A DNA stretch of 64,000 nucleotides from an uncultured Acidobacteriota bacterium (lineage in GTDB: Bacteria > Acidobacteriota > Polarisedimenticolia > J045). A model generated the notes under the pieces. That model worked only from the letters and a program-made list of their open reading frames with translations, had not been told where the DNA came from and did no database searches. Both the position numbers and the translations under genes were made by a program. The stretch is from positions 54,685 to 118,684 of the forward strand of contig CAVPCQ010000003.1 in assembly GCA_963702425.1 (NCBI GenBank). The letters are read 5' to 3'. Positions 1-10,345 of the stretch are shown one piece after another (the first letter of the stretch is position 1; each line of letters begins with the position of its first letter).

Positions 1-195
1 GATCCGGTACTCGGCCCGGGCGGGAGCGGTGGAACTCGCCGGGGCCGGGGCCGCGGCCGGGGCCGCGGCCTCCTGCGCGGACGCAGGCAGCGTGCCGACG
101 CCCGGCGCGAGCGCGAACGCGAGCGCGAGCGCGGCGGCCCGCGGCGCGGAGAGGGTATGGCGAACGGAGGCGGTGATCCTGTGTTCTCTCGGCAT
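1..195 (-). CDS. N-terminus of a secreted protein, probably polysaccharide biosynthesis/export (Wza-like); runs off the window edge
   Basis: ATG at 195 with GAGG upstream. Translates MPREHRITASVRHTLSAPRAAALALALAFALAPGVGTLPASAQEAAAP...ARAEYRI: signal peptide (ASA|Q), Ala/Pro linker, then EYRI, matching the YrIGpgD start of Poly_export domains. Confidence 0.55.
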   Translation of the reverse strand, partial: MPREHRITASVRHTLSAPRAAALALAFALAPGVGTLPASAQEAAAPAAAPAPASSTAPARAEYRI

Positions 196-862
196 GGTGT
201 CCTCGTCACGCTCCGGGCTTTCCCGTGACCGCCCGGACGCTCCGCGCACGGCGGCTCCCCGGTCGGCCCCTGGCTCCCGTCCTTCGGGACAACTTCCCCG
301 GGAAATGGCTACGGCTCCCGGCCCGGGAAGTCAAGCTCCAAAGATCGTCGCCCGTGTTGTCGATTGTTTCCTCGTGTTCGACTTCTTGTCACTCCGGCCG
401 CGCCGGCGCGTTCAGCCCCTGAACAGCCCGCCCGGCGCAGCCCGTGGCCCCGACGCCGGGATAGAGAATACGGGGAAATCGCCGGCGGGCCACGTCTCGA
501 ACGGGGTCCTTCGGTGCCGCGCCGGTCCGCGCCGTGCCGCCGGCAAGGCCCTGGACGCGGCCGAAGGCGGAAGGGTGCGAGGCGAGACAGACAAGACAAC
601 GGGCGCTCTCGGCGGTTCATGGCACCGGGCATGGGCGGCATCTCGGCGACTTGCTTACTGGTAAGGATTCGCGCGTTCCCCGTCTGCCGGCGGCCTCATT
701 CGCCGAATTCCGCGTTGCCGGGCCGGGCGTATCGACGTAAACCCATGGCGGGACAGCTAGGGAGATCCTCAAGTTCGCGCCCTGCCCTTCAGGGTCGCCG
801 GCGGCTCGGGAAGGCCAGTCGGCGTTACCATCACCGGGCTGGACGCACCTGGGGGGTACCCG

Positions 863-1162
863 ATGAACTGTCTTCCGCAGGCCAGGGTGGATGTCCGGAA
901 TGTGGACCTGGGCTCCGAGCTCGTGATCTACGACGAGCGACACGGGCTCTTCCACATCCTGAACTCCACCGCCAGAAGGATCTGGCAGCTCTGCGACGGA
1001 TCGCACGGCGTGGATGACATCGTGGGCGAGATGACCCGCATGTTCCCGCAGACGGCCGTCGCGACGCTGCGGCAGGACGTGGAACGGACGCTGGCTTCGT
1101 TGAGGGAAAAGGAAGTCATCGTCTGGCCGGGCACGGAGAAAGCGGAAGAACGCGCCGGCTGA
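863..1162 (+). CDS. PqqD-family protein (stand-alone RiPP recognition element)
   Basis: 99 aa, ELVIYD..GLFHILNSTARRIWQLCDGSHGVDDIV...DVERTLASL, the classic PqqD/RRE pattern. Confidence 0.9.
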   Translation: MNCLPQARVDVRNVDLGSELVIYDERHGLFHILNSTARRIWQLCDGSHGVDDIVGEMTRMFPQTAVATLRQDVERTLASLREKEVIVWPGTEKAEERAG

Positions 1163-1230
1163 GCCGGAAGCGGGGAATACGCCAAGGGGATTCAGCCCGC
1201 TGGAAGCGGCGGATTGGGGACGGGAAACAG

Positions 1231-1431
1231 ATGAACGAAATTCGAAAGCCCGAACTGGAGTGCCAGGAGCCCGGCGAGTATGTCGCGCCGGAGATCCTGA
1301 CCTACTCCCCCGAGGATTTCCTCGGACTGCTCGGCCCTGCGCAGGGATACGGCGGCAGTTCTGGCGGCGAGAGCGGTGGTGGCCGCAGTTCCGGCGGCCG
1401 CGGCTACCGGCTCTACCCGGGGCTGCGCTGA
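1231..1431 (+). CDS. putative RiPP precursor peptide (lasso-like leader)
   Basis: 66 aa with YVAPEI (YxxPxL-type RRE-binding motif) and a Gly/Ser-rich C-terminal core; directly downstream of the RRE gene and followed by a terminator. Confidence 0.75.
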   Translation: MNEIRKPELECQEPGEYVAPEILTYSPEDFLGLLGPAQGYGGSSGGESGGGRSSGGRGYRLYPGLR

Positions 1432-1474
1432 CCGCTGCGGCGCGGCCTGGCCGCGTCGGTCCGAATTGAAGAGA

Positions 1475-1505
1475 AGCCCGGCGCTCGGTCGCGCCGGGCT
1501 TTTTT
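1475..1505 (+). terminator. rho-independent terminator
   Basis: AGCCCGGCGC-tcggtc-GCGCCGGGCT stem followed by a T run. Confidence 0.85.
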
Positions 1506-1549
1506 GTTCTTTCGGGGCCTGGCGGGTCGGCCGGACGCTTACCCTTGGC

Positions 1550-1578
1550 TTGACCCGCACCGGGACGGGGGCTACCAT
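1550..1578 (+). promoter_or_regulatory. sigma70-type promoter for tRNA-Arg
   Basis: TTGACC-17 bp-TACCAT. Confidence 0.6.
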
Positions 1579-1614
1579 CCCGCGTCTTCCGTGAGGGTTC
1601 CCTCGCGAAGCTGT

Positions 1615-1691
1615 GCGCCCGTAGCTCAATTGGATAGAGCACTTGACTACGGATCAAGAGGTTGGGGATTCGAGTTCCTCCGGGCGCGCCA
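1615..1691 (+). tRNA. tRNA-Arg(ACG)
   Basis: GCGCCCGTAGCTCAATTGGATAGAGC...CTTGA-CT-ACG-GA-TCAAG...TTCGAGT...CGGGCGCGCCA; cloverleaf with encoded CCA. Confidence 0.97.
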
Positions 1692-4197
1692 CCTCCAGCT
1701 CGTTGCGATAACGCCGGCCGGCCAGTTCGAAGTCGAGCTCCAGCGGAGCCCGGCCGCGGACGCGCATCGCGCCGCCGTGCTCCCCGCGCTGGTGGTGGAA
1801 CCGGCAGAGGGTGACCCGGTTGTCGGGGGCGTCGTCGCCGCCGTGGGCGCGGTAGAGCACGTGGTGGTCCTCGAGCTGGGCGCACGAGGTGCAGCCCGGG
1901 GCCATGCAGCGCCAGCCGTCGCGGGCGTAGACGCCGCGCGGGCCCCGGCGGGCGTCGTGGGTGGCGACGTACGAGGTCAGGAGCGCATACAGCCCGAGCC
2001 ACCGGGCGTCGAAGGGGGCGAGGTCGGCGGAAAACGTTCGGACGCGGCGCGCGGCGGCGTCGACCGCGCCGAGGAAGTCGGCGGCGAGGTCGAACGAGAG
2101 GATGAGGCGGAGCGGGGCGACGGCTGCGGAGTGTGCGGCGGCCAGGGCAGCGTACTTCTCGATCCGGGCCGTCGTCTCCCCGGGCAGGCGGCGCAGCGAG
2201 CGGTGCCAGTCGGCATCGGGGAGCGGGCGTGGCGGCGGGTGCGGCTGCGGGCCGCGGTCCGACGGGTCGACCGCGAGCAGCCGGAGCTTGCGGAGCGCGT
2301 CGCGCTCGTCGTCGAGGCGCTTGATCGTCGCCGACTCCGCGCGGGCCACCCAGTCGCGCTGCAGGTCGTCCGGCACACCGGAGCGGCCGAGGATTCGCAC
2401 GAGGCGCAGTGCTGCAAGGGACGAGATGCGGCCCGCGCGGTGGGCTTCTTCGACGGCGGGCAGATCGGACAGGGCGCGGGCCAGCGTGGCGAGGTCTTCC
2501 ACGGTGGAGCGCCCCATGCCGAGCCGGGCCTCCGCGTAGTGTCGGACGCTGTCGTAGCCGAGAGCGGTCCACGCGCGCTGCCGGGCGAGGGCGGCGAGGA
2601 CGTCGCCCAGTGCACGGCGGATCTCCTGCTCGATGTCGACCAGGGCGCGGAGCCGCGCCGCCAGCTCCGTCGCACTGCCGGAGCCGGCGTCCGCGAAGAG
2701 CCGATCGGCGCGCGCCAGCAGAGCGTCGGCGGCGGCGACCGTCGCGGAGCGGGCGGACGGCTCGGGATCGAGCGCGTGGGTGAGGCCGGCCGGTGGAAAA
2801 CATTCGGACGCCGGTGAAGGACAGTCCAACGCAGGTGGAAACATTCGGACGCCGATGTCGGGCAGCCAGACGAATTCGCCGGCTCGTGTCCGGCGGCGAT
2901 CGCCGGCGCGGGCCATGGCGAACCACGCGCGCCGCGTCGCGTCCCAGTGCTCTTCGCGCGCGACATCGTCATGGACGCGTGTCCGGCGCAGGCGCGCGAG
3001 CGCGCCGTCGAGATCGGGGCGGGGATCGAGGCCGGCCGCGCGCGCCTCGGCGACCAGCGCCTCCACGAAGTCCGCGGCGGAGCGTGGCGTACCGCAGGCG
3101 CGATCGTGGAGCAGGCGGACCTCGTGAAAGGCCGCGACGACGGGCGCCGGGAGGTCCAGCCGGACCGTCGCGCGCGGCAGGTGATGGTCGCCGTCCGGGC
3201 CGTCCTCGTTTCCCGGGCCGGGGAAGCACTCCTCCGCCCAGGCGAAGAGCGCCCGCCGGTCCGCCGCGGCGGCTTCTTCCCGCCTCCGCTCGGCCTCCTC
3301 GGCCGCGACGACCTCGTCGGGCAGGACGACGGGAATGCCGAGTGCCTCCAGGAAGCGGCGATTCCAGGGTAGCGCGGCCTTTTCCGCGAAGGCCGGCCCG
3401 GTGAGCAGCGCGGGGCAGGCCGACGCGACCCACGCCAGCACCGGATCGGGCGGACGGAACTGGTCGTCGCGGCGGCCGTCGGCGTCGACGGGAAAGGGAC
3501 GATCCGCCTGTCGGGACCGGCGGAGCCGCTCCTTGAGTTCGCGCACGCCGACCGCGCGGGCGAGCGCGATCCAGGTCGAACGGAACTCGTCGGTCGTGCC
3601 GCGGACGATGGCCAGCGCCGCGACGGTGCCGAGCGGCGGGCCACCGTCCTCCCCCGTCATCGCGTCGAGCAGTTCCTCGGAGTGGAGGGTCGCGCGGCCC
3701 AGCGCCGCGAGGTCGCGCAACCAGCGTCCCGTTCGCCCCAGCCGCTCGCGCGCGAAGTCCTCCGCCCGCGCGTACCCCAGCTCGAACCAGCCGTGACGCC
3801 GGGAGAAGGCGTCGGCCGCGCGGGAGAGCGGACGCGCCAGCCCGTGCAGGCGCAGGGAGAGGGTTGCGGCGAGAGCGTCGAGCCCCCTGAGATCGTCGGG
3901 CGGGTTGTGCGAGTCGAACGCGCGATGCGCCCCTTGCGTGCTGTTCGCGTCAAACGCGCAATGCGCCTGTGCCGCGACCCGTCCTGCGTTGGCCGTCGAC
4001 CGGGAGAACGAGCGCTCCAACCGCCGCCTCCGGCCGCCGAAGGCATCGCCGGTGCCCGGAGCTGCCGGGCCCGAGCACGAGCACGGGCGCGCCGTGGGCC
4101 GCGCCACGGGCTCGGCGGCAGGGTGACAGCAGAACGCAGATCCGGGGCTCCGCGCGAGTCCGGAGTCGCTTGCATCGTCGATGGTGACGATCGACAT
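1654..4197 (-). CDS. large HNH endonuclease with DUF222-like repeats (true start may be downstream of 4197)
   Basis: C-terminal RDGWRCMAPGC..LEDHHVLYRAHGG.D..NRVTLCRFHH; two W..LGY.....A..RLG modules. Confidence 0.8.
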   Translation of the reverse strand: MSIVTIDDASDSGLARSPGSAFCCHPAAEPVARPTARPCSCSGPAAPGTGDAFGGRRRRLERSFSRSTANAGRVAAQAHCAFDANSTQGAHRAFDSHNPPDDLRGLDALAATLSLRLHGLARPLSRAADAFSRRHGWFELGYARAEDFARERLGRTGRWLRDLAALGRATLHSEELLDAMTGEDGGPPLGTVAALAIVRGTTDEFRSTWIALARAVGVRELKERLRRSRQADRPFPVDADGRRDDQFRPPDPVLAWVASACPALLTGPAFAEKAALPWNRRFLEALGIPVVLPDEVVAAEEAERRREEAAAADRRALFAWAEECFPGPGNEDGPDGDHHLPRATVRLDLPAPVVAAFHEVRLLHDRACGTPRSAADFVEALVAEARAAGLDPRPDLDGALARLRRTRVHDDVAREEHWDATRRAWFAMARAGDRRRTRAGEFVWLPDIGVRMFPPALDCPSPASECFPPAGLTHALDPEPSARSATVAAADALLARADRLFADAGSGSATELAARLRALVDIEQEIRRALGDVLAALARQRAWTALGYDSVRHYAEARLGMGRSTVEDLATLARALSDLPAVEEAHRAGRISSLAALRLVRILGRSGVPDDLQRDWVARAESATIKRLDDERDALRKLRLLAVDPSDRGPQPHPPPRPLPDADWHRSLRRLPGETTARIEKYAALAAAHSAAVAPLRLILSFDLAADFLGAVDAAARRVRTFSADLAPFDARWLGLYALLTSYVATHDARRGPRGVYARDGWRCMAPGCTSCAQLEDHHVLYRAHGGDDAPDNRVTLCRFHHQRGEHGGAMRVRGRAPLELDFELAGRRYRNELEVARPEELESPTS

Positions 4198-4494
4198 GGG
4201 CGTGCCTCTTCGTCATCGCTACTCTACATGACAGTCAGGTGACTGTCAATGACTGGGGAGCGATTTGTTCTCCGTTCTGGGATGTCAGGTGGACCCGGCA
4301 ACTACGGGAGACGGTCGCCGTCGAGCAGGGCCATGAAGATCTGGAAGTCCTCATCTTTCCCGCTGCGAGGTGTTGCAGTCGTCAGCAGCAGGTGCTCGGT
4401 CAGGCCACCCAGCCGCTGACCCGGGCGAAGGCGCTTGGCGTGCATGATCTCGCGACCAAGGAAGGTGGCGGACAAGTCATGTGCCTGGTCGGCC

Positions 4495-4610
4495 GGGCCG
4501 CGTGCCTCGGCATCTCCGTCAACACGGTCCGCTCGCACCTCAAGCGGATCATGGTGAAGACCGGAGCCTCGCGGCAGTCGGACCTCGTGCGCATGGTGCT
4601 GCGCGGGCCG
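4495..4610 (+). pseudogene. LuxR-type HTH fragment
   Basis: LGISVNTVRSHLKRIMVKTGASRQSDLVRMVL with no recognisable N-terminal domain. Confidence 0.6.
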
Positions 4611-4855
4611 GGACCGCTGGTGCCGCGGGCGAGCGGTGAGGCACCGCTACGGGTGTCGCGGCGCGGGAGATGGGGCGTCGCCGGCAGGGCCGAGAGGGGC
4701 GCCCTCGGAGGCTGGAAGCCTGATCGCAAGAACGGCCCGCCAGTACCATCGCGATCTCGATCGCGAGTGCTTCGGCTCCCGCGGCAGCAACCTCCCGGCA
4801 CCGTCGCAGGCGCGCGATCCTGCCTTCCACGGTATCTTCATCCCCGGAGAACCCC

Positions 4856-5104
4856 ATGACGCGCATCCAGCCGACCGCTCTCGACCCCGCGCTGCAGGAA
4901 GCCCTTCGCCTCGTCGCCGACGGCGAGCGCGTCCTGCTCGAAGTGGACGGGCGCCCGATCGCGGCAATCGTTCCGCTCGACGATGCGGTTGCGCTCGAGG
5001 ACGCCGACGACCAGGCCGATCTGGACGCTTGCCGCCTCGCACGCGACGAACCCGGATCGATACCGCTCCAGGACGTGCTGCGCGAGCTGGACCTCGAGGA
5101 CTAG
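4856..5104 (+). CDS. type II antitoxin, Phd/YefM-like
   Basis: 82 aa, GERVLLEVDGRPIAAIVPL..LEDADD...SIPLQDVLRELDL; GGAG RBS; directly upstream of a RelE-like ORF. Confidence 0.75.
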   Translation: MTRIQPTALDPALQEALRLVADGERVLLEVDGRPIAAIVPLDDAVALEDADDQADLDACRLARDEPGSIPLQDVLRELDLED

Positions 5105-5107
5105 AGC

Positions 5108-5235
5108 GTGACCTACCGCGTCGAACTCAAGCCCGCGGCGCGGCGAACGTTTCTTGGCCTCCCACGACAGGTTCAGGTCCGCCTTCGGGACGCGCTCCGG
5201 GCGCTGTCGGAGGTCCCGCGAGGCCCAACCACCTC
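5108..5235 (+). pseudogene. RelE/ParE-family toxin, truncated
   Basis: MTYRVELKPAARRTFLGLPRQVQVRLRDALRALSEVPRGP; family similarity is then lost (no YRxRvGdYRi segment). Confidence 0.7.
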
Positions 5236-5456
5236 GACGGTCTGCCGCCGCCACTGTGATTCTCGCAACAACCCGCCCCTTGCCGCTCAAGAGAAGCGCG
5301 GGGCCGGTCGCAGCCGCACCAACGCAACCGACCCCGCGCTGGGGGAGAAAGGGGGCACCTACGGCGCCAGCTCGTCACCTCCGGCGCCCACGGCGCCCTC
5401 GGAGTACGCAGGGCGAAGCGCGCTACGCCGCGCGATGGCCCATCCCTGGCGGTGCC

Positions 5457-8400
5457 TCACGGTGAATCCCCCCTTGGATCGTCGCGGCCGAGGCTCCCCC
5501 GAGCATCCGGGTCGCGGTCCTTCACACATCCATACGCACGCGAACGCCCCGCCGAACGCGGACTTGCGGCGGTGTCGCGGCACGCCCACCGCGCCCTGCC
5601 GGAATCGTTCTCGTTGTCCTGTCGGCCCGGAGCCCGCGCCTCAGCGCAGCCCGAACTCCGCGCGCGCGAGCGGGAGCGACGCCGGATCGGCTCGCCGCGC
5701 TCGCCGGACTCGCTTCGCTCGCCGCGCTCGCCGCGCTCCCCCGCCCCCGGCTCCTCCCCCGCCTTCGGCGCGACGAGGAAGACGCGCTCCGCGGCGATGC
5801 CGCGCGTCGTCGTCAGGTAGTCCTGCGCGGCCTGCGCGCGGCGCTTGCCGAGCAGCCGCAGCTCGTCCTCACCCGCCGGAACATTGGCCAGGATCAGCGT
5901 CTCCATCTCCTCGACCGGCAGGTCCTTGGCGATCCCGAGCGCGGTGCGCGGCTTGGGGAACGACTCGGCACGGTACGCGGCCTTGAGCAGCGCCGGGTAC
6001 TCCTCGGGGGTCCAGGTCGCCAGCTCGATCGACGCCGGCGCCGTCCCCTTGCGGCCGAGCGCCTTCATCTGCTGCGCCTTCACCTTCTGCTCGAGCGCGG
6101 CGCGCTTGAGGCCGTCGCGGTCGCCTTCGGGATCGACGTGCCCGGTGACGTCGAGCGAAAGGCCGGGGCGGTCGGCCAGCGCCGCGGCAAGCTGGTCGAG
6201 ACGCGAGCGCGCGTCGTCGGTCAGCGCGGCGCTGCCGGGGTCGAACGCGATGTACGACAGGTCGCGATCAGAGCCCCCCTTCCCGGCCAGGAAGCGGAAC
6301 GGCGAGGTGACCGCCTTGGTGAAGAGGTTGCCGACCATCTTCCAGATCAGCGGCCAGACCCGGAACTGCGGGTCGTCGAGCGAGCCGGTGAGCGGGATGT
6401 CGACGTCGATCACGCCATTCTTGTCCTTCAGGAGCGCGATCCCGAGGCGCACCGGCAGCCGGGTCGCGGTCGGGCTGTCGACCTTCTCGCCCAGCGTCAG
6501 TTGGTCGATCACGACGTGGTTCTGCGCCTCGAGCTTCCCCTCCTGGACCAGGTAGCTGACGTCCGCCGAGAGCTTCCCCTTCTCGATCCCGTACCCGGCG
6601 TACTTGACCATGTAGGTCGAGAGGGGGGCAGCTCGATCTCGCGCGCGGTGGCGTCGATGTCGGCGAGGAGGCGCGGCGAGAGCAGGTTGAGCCGGCCGCG
6701 GATCGTCACCGGCGCGAGACCGTCGAGCTTCGCCGTCAGGTCGACGTCGGCCGGGTGCTCGGGCGTCATCTCGGTCACCGTCCCGGCGATCCCCGTGACG
6801 TTGGCGGAGTAGTTCGGCTTGACGAAGTGGTCGGTCGCGTCGAGCTGGCCGCCGGTGATCGTCACGTGGCCGAAGCGCAGGAACCTCGGGACGTTGGCGC
6901 CCGCCAGCGCGGGGAGGTCGGCGGAGAGCGGCACGGCCGGCGCGGCGGCGGGCTGCGGGCCGGAACTCCGGTCTCCAGCCTCGGCGGCGTCCGCCTCGTC
7001 GCTGGTGACCAGCGCGCGCCAGAAGTTGAGCGTGCCGTCCTCGTCGAGCACCGCGCGCAGGTAGAAGTCGGACAGCGCGATCTCGTCGACCGCGATCTGC
7101 AGCGGGTCGAGCTGCGCGTCGAGGCCGCCGAGGTAGAGCGACTTGACGTCGGCCAGCCGCTCGGTGCTCGCCTCGTCGAGCGTCGTCAGGTCCGAGACCA
7201 GGAGCGTCCCGCGGTATTGGGCCTGGATCGAGCCCTCCGTTCCGGCAGGGAGCGCGGCCTTGATCGCCCCCTTCGCCGTCGCTGCGCCGCCGGTCAGCGT
7301 GACCTGGACGTGCGGGTCGACGTAGGGCTCGAACGGCGGGAGCGGGATCTGCCGCGCCTCCACCGTCCCCTCGGCGGCGAGCGGCGTCAGCCAGAGCGTG
7401 CCGTCGTAGGCGAACTCGCCGGAAGGGGCGCCGGATGGTGCGGCGGATGGAGCGCCGGCCGCGATCCGCCCTCGCAACCGCGCGCGGATCGGCTTCCTGG
7501 CCTCGTTGCTGATCCCCGCCAGGTCGGCCGAGACGCGGGACAGCCGCGTCGTCACCGGCGGCACCGGCAGTTGGTCCTCGAAAGTCAGCGCGATCTCGGA
7601 GCCGACGAGGTGCTTCACGCCGATCCGCCACGGCGCCTCGCCCCCGGCGGCGCGAGCCTTGCCCGCCGGAATCGGCTTGAGGATCCGCGTGACGTGCAGC
7701 GTGCCGTCGGGATCGCGGCGCACGTACGCGGTCCCGCCGGCCGCGCGCACCTCGTCGAGCGCGATCGTCCGCGCCGCGAGGTCGGCGGCGCCGCCGGCGA
7801 TCTCGGCGCGCGTGAGGCGCAGCAGCGGCGTCGGCTCGCCGGGCATGACGACGACGACGTCGTGGACGGTTGCGGCGATCTCCCGGGCCGCCACGCCGAG
7901 CGCGCCGTCCTTCAGCGACGCCGTGTAGCCGGTGGCCGCGTCGAGCGTGCCGGCCGTCACCTCGACGTTGAGCAGCTCCGCGTAGTACGGGTAGAGCCGC
8001 TGCAGCCGGAAGCCCGTCAGGCGGACCTCGCCGCTCGATGCGAGCGGATCGAGCGTCAGCGTTCCGGTCTGCGCGAACGTCCCCTCGGCGTCGGTCGTGA
8101 ACGACGACTCGACGCGGGCCTCGGTCCCCGGCGCGTTGCCGAGCCCGCGCACCGTCAGCGCCACGTTGGCCAGGTCGGTGATGAACGGCCGGGCCGGGAG
8201 ATCGTCGCGCAGGCGGAACGAACCCCCGGTCACCGCGATCTCATCGACGGAGAACGCGAGGCGGCGGGACGATCCCGCATCGCCCTCCGGCCGCGCGGGC
8301 AGCGCCGGCAGCGCGTCCTGCAGGTTGAGCGTGCCGTCCGGCCGGCGGACGATCGTCGCCTCGGGCCGCTCCAGCCGGATCGTCCGGACGGCCGCCGACG

Positions 8401-9332
8401 GCGCGAGCAGGTCGACCTCGTCGAGCTCCACCGCGAGCCGCGCGAGCGACGCCAGCCGCTTCCCCGGCGGCAGGTCGAGCGCGACGCCCGAGAGCGCCGC
8501 CGTCCCGCGCAGCAGCAGCCGCGCGGGCGCGAGCGAGGCACCGCCCGGCGCGGCCGCGAAGACCAGCGTGAGGTCGGTGTCGAGCTTCCCCGACGGCAGC
8601 GCGAACGGCAGCGCCACCGGCGAGTAGTCGATGTAATCCGGGATCGGGAGCGCTTCGAACTTCAGCTCCAGCGTCGTCTCCAGCGTGTCCTTGAACGGCT
8701 TGGTGCCGCCCTGCAGCGCGAAGGGCGTGCCGTTCGCGCGCCCCGAGAGCTCGGGCTTCACGTCGACGTCGATCGCCGAGGAGAGATTCGAGAGGAACGG
8801 CACCCCCACGACCAGCTCCGCGACCTCGTGCTGCCGGCCGACCAGCCGGTCGTCGAAGCGGATCGAGCCGTCCAGCACCCGGATGTTGTAGAGCGCGAAC
8901 TTCTTCGGCGGCCCCTTCGATGGCGCCAGGACGTACTCCTCGACCAGGTCCTGCCAGTTGTAGGTCCGGTCCGGAAAGCGGACCACGCTGAGCGCCGGGC
9001 GCGTGACCGTCAGCGCGTCGAGCACCGGCGCGAAGCGGTAGAACGTGGCGGACGAGACGTTGGCGAACAGCTCCTCGACGCGGACCGCGTCGGCGGAACC
9101 GTCCCGCTCCCGGATCGTCAGCCCACGAATGGTCGCCGACGAGCCGGAACGGGTTGACGGCGACCGACTCGACCGTCACCGGCCGGTGCAGCAGGCGCGA
9201 GAGCTGCCGCGCGAGCTGCCAGCGCACGAGCGGCGGGCCGAGCAGGTAGCCGGCGGCGACGAACAGCACGCACGCGCCCAGCGCCACGATCGCCGCGCGG
9301 AGCAGGCGGCTTTTCGGCCACACGACGCTCAT
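5457..9332 (-). CDS. DUF748-domain protein (AsmA-like/OmpA-like C-terminus), split by frameshifts near 9130 and 6625
   Basis: N-terminal TM segment (MSVVWPKSRLL...), then PF.S...VKPELSG, DHFVKPNYS and LGIALLKDKNGVIDVDIPLTGSLDDPQF spread over three frames. Confidence 0.85.
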
Positions 9333-9500
9333 CGTGCCCTGCCGTCCCCGTGCCGCGGGCCCTGCGCCCGGGCGCGGGCCGATCTTGGCACATGCCCCGG
9401 CGGATCCGGAAGCGCCGGTCCCGGCGCGACCGGAAGCGCCAGTCCCGGCGCTGCGAGTGACGAGCGGCCGGCCGCCGATCCCCTTCCCCGTGGATAATGA

Positions 9501-9980
<480 letters not shown>

Positions 9981-10039
9981 GCCGGATCCACCCCGCGGGC
10001 ATTTTCCCCGACTGCCCTATAATGCGCCGCCGGTGACGC

Positions 10040-10129
10040 GGAGAGATGTCCGAGTGGTTTAAGGAGCACGCTTGGAAAGCGTGTGTACGGGTAACCGTAC
10101 CGTGGGTTCGAATCCCACTCTCTCCGCCA
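10040..10129 (+). tRNA. tRNA-Ser(GGA)
   Basis: GGAGAGATGTCCGAGTGG...CACGC-TT-GGA-AA-GCGTG, long variable arm, TTCGAATCCC...CCA; TATAAT at 10018-10023. Confidence 0.97.
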
Positions 10130-10181
10130 CATTCGACGCGCGCCCGGGACGCCGGCCGCCGCCGAATCCGGTCGAAATTGT

Positions 10182-10284
10182 GGGGCTCGCCCCTGTGCGA
10201 CCCGGTCCCGTGAACCCCGTCAGGCCCGGAAGGGAGCAGCGGTAAACGGATCGCCGGGTGCGCCGCAGGATCAGTGAGCCCCTC
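10182..10284 (+). ncRNA. ffs: signal recognition particle RNA (small bacterial SRP)
   Basis: Conserved TCAGGCCCGGAAGGGAGCAGC helix 8; GGGGCTC/GAGCCCC closing stem; upstream of dnaX. Confidence 0.93.
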
Positions 10285-10345
10285 CTTATCAAGGGAGGCG
10301 GGCCCGGCGACGGCCGGGCCCCCCCTCCTGCCCGGGGAGGACGGG

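Noticed and set aside
615-660. Sigma54 promoter upstream of the RRE gene (TGGCAC...TTGC)
   Set aside because: GG-to-GC spacing does not fit -24/-12
1615-5450. Integrative element with att sites at tRNA-Arg
   Set aside because: No integrase and no duplicated tRNA 3' end found by eye
5680-5745. 9-bp CGCTCGCCG tandem repeats
   Set aside because: They encode a low-complexity GER tail of DUF748; no sign of a separate element
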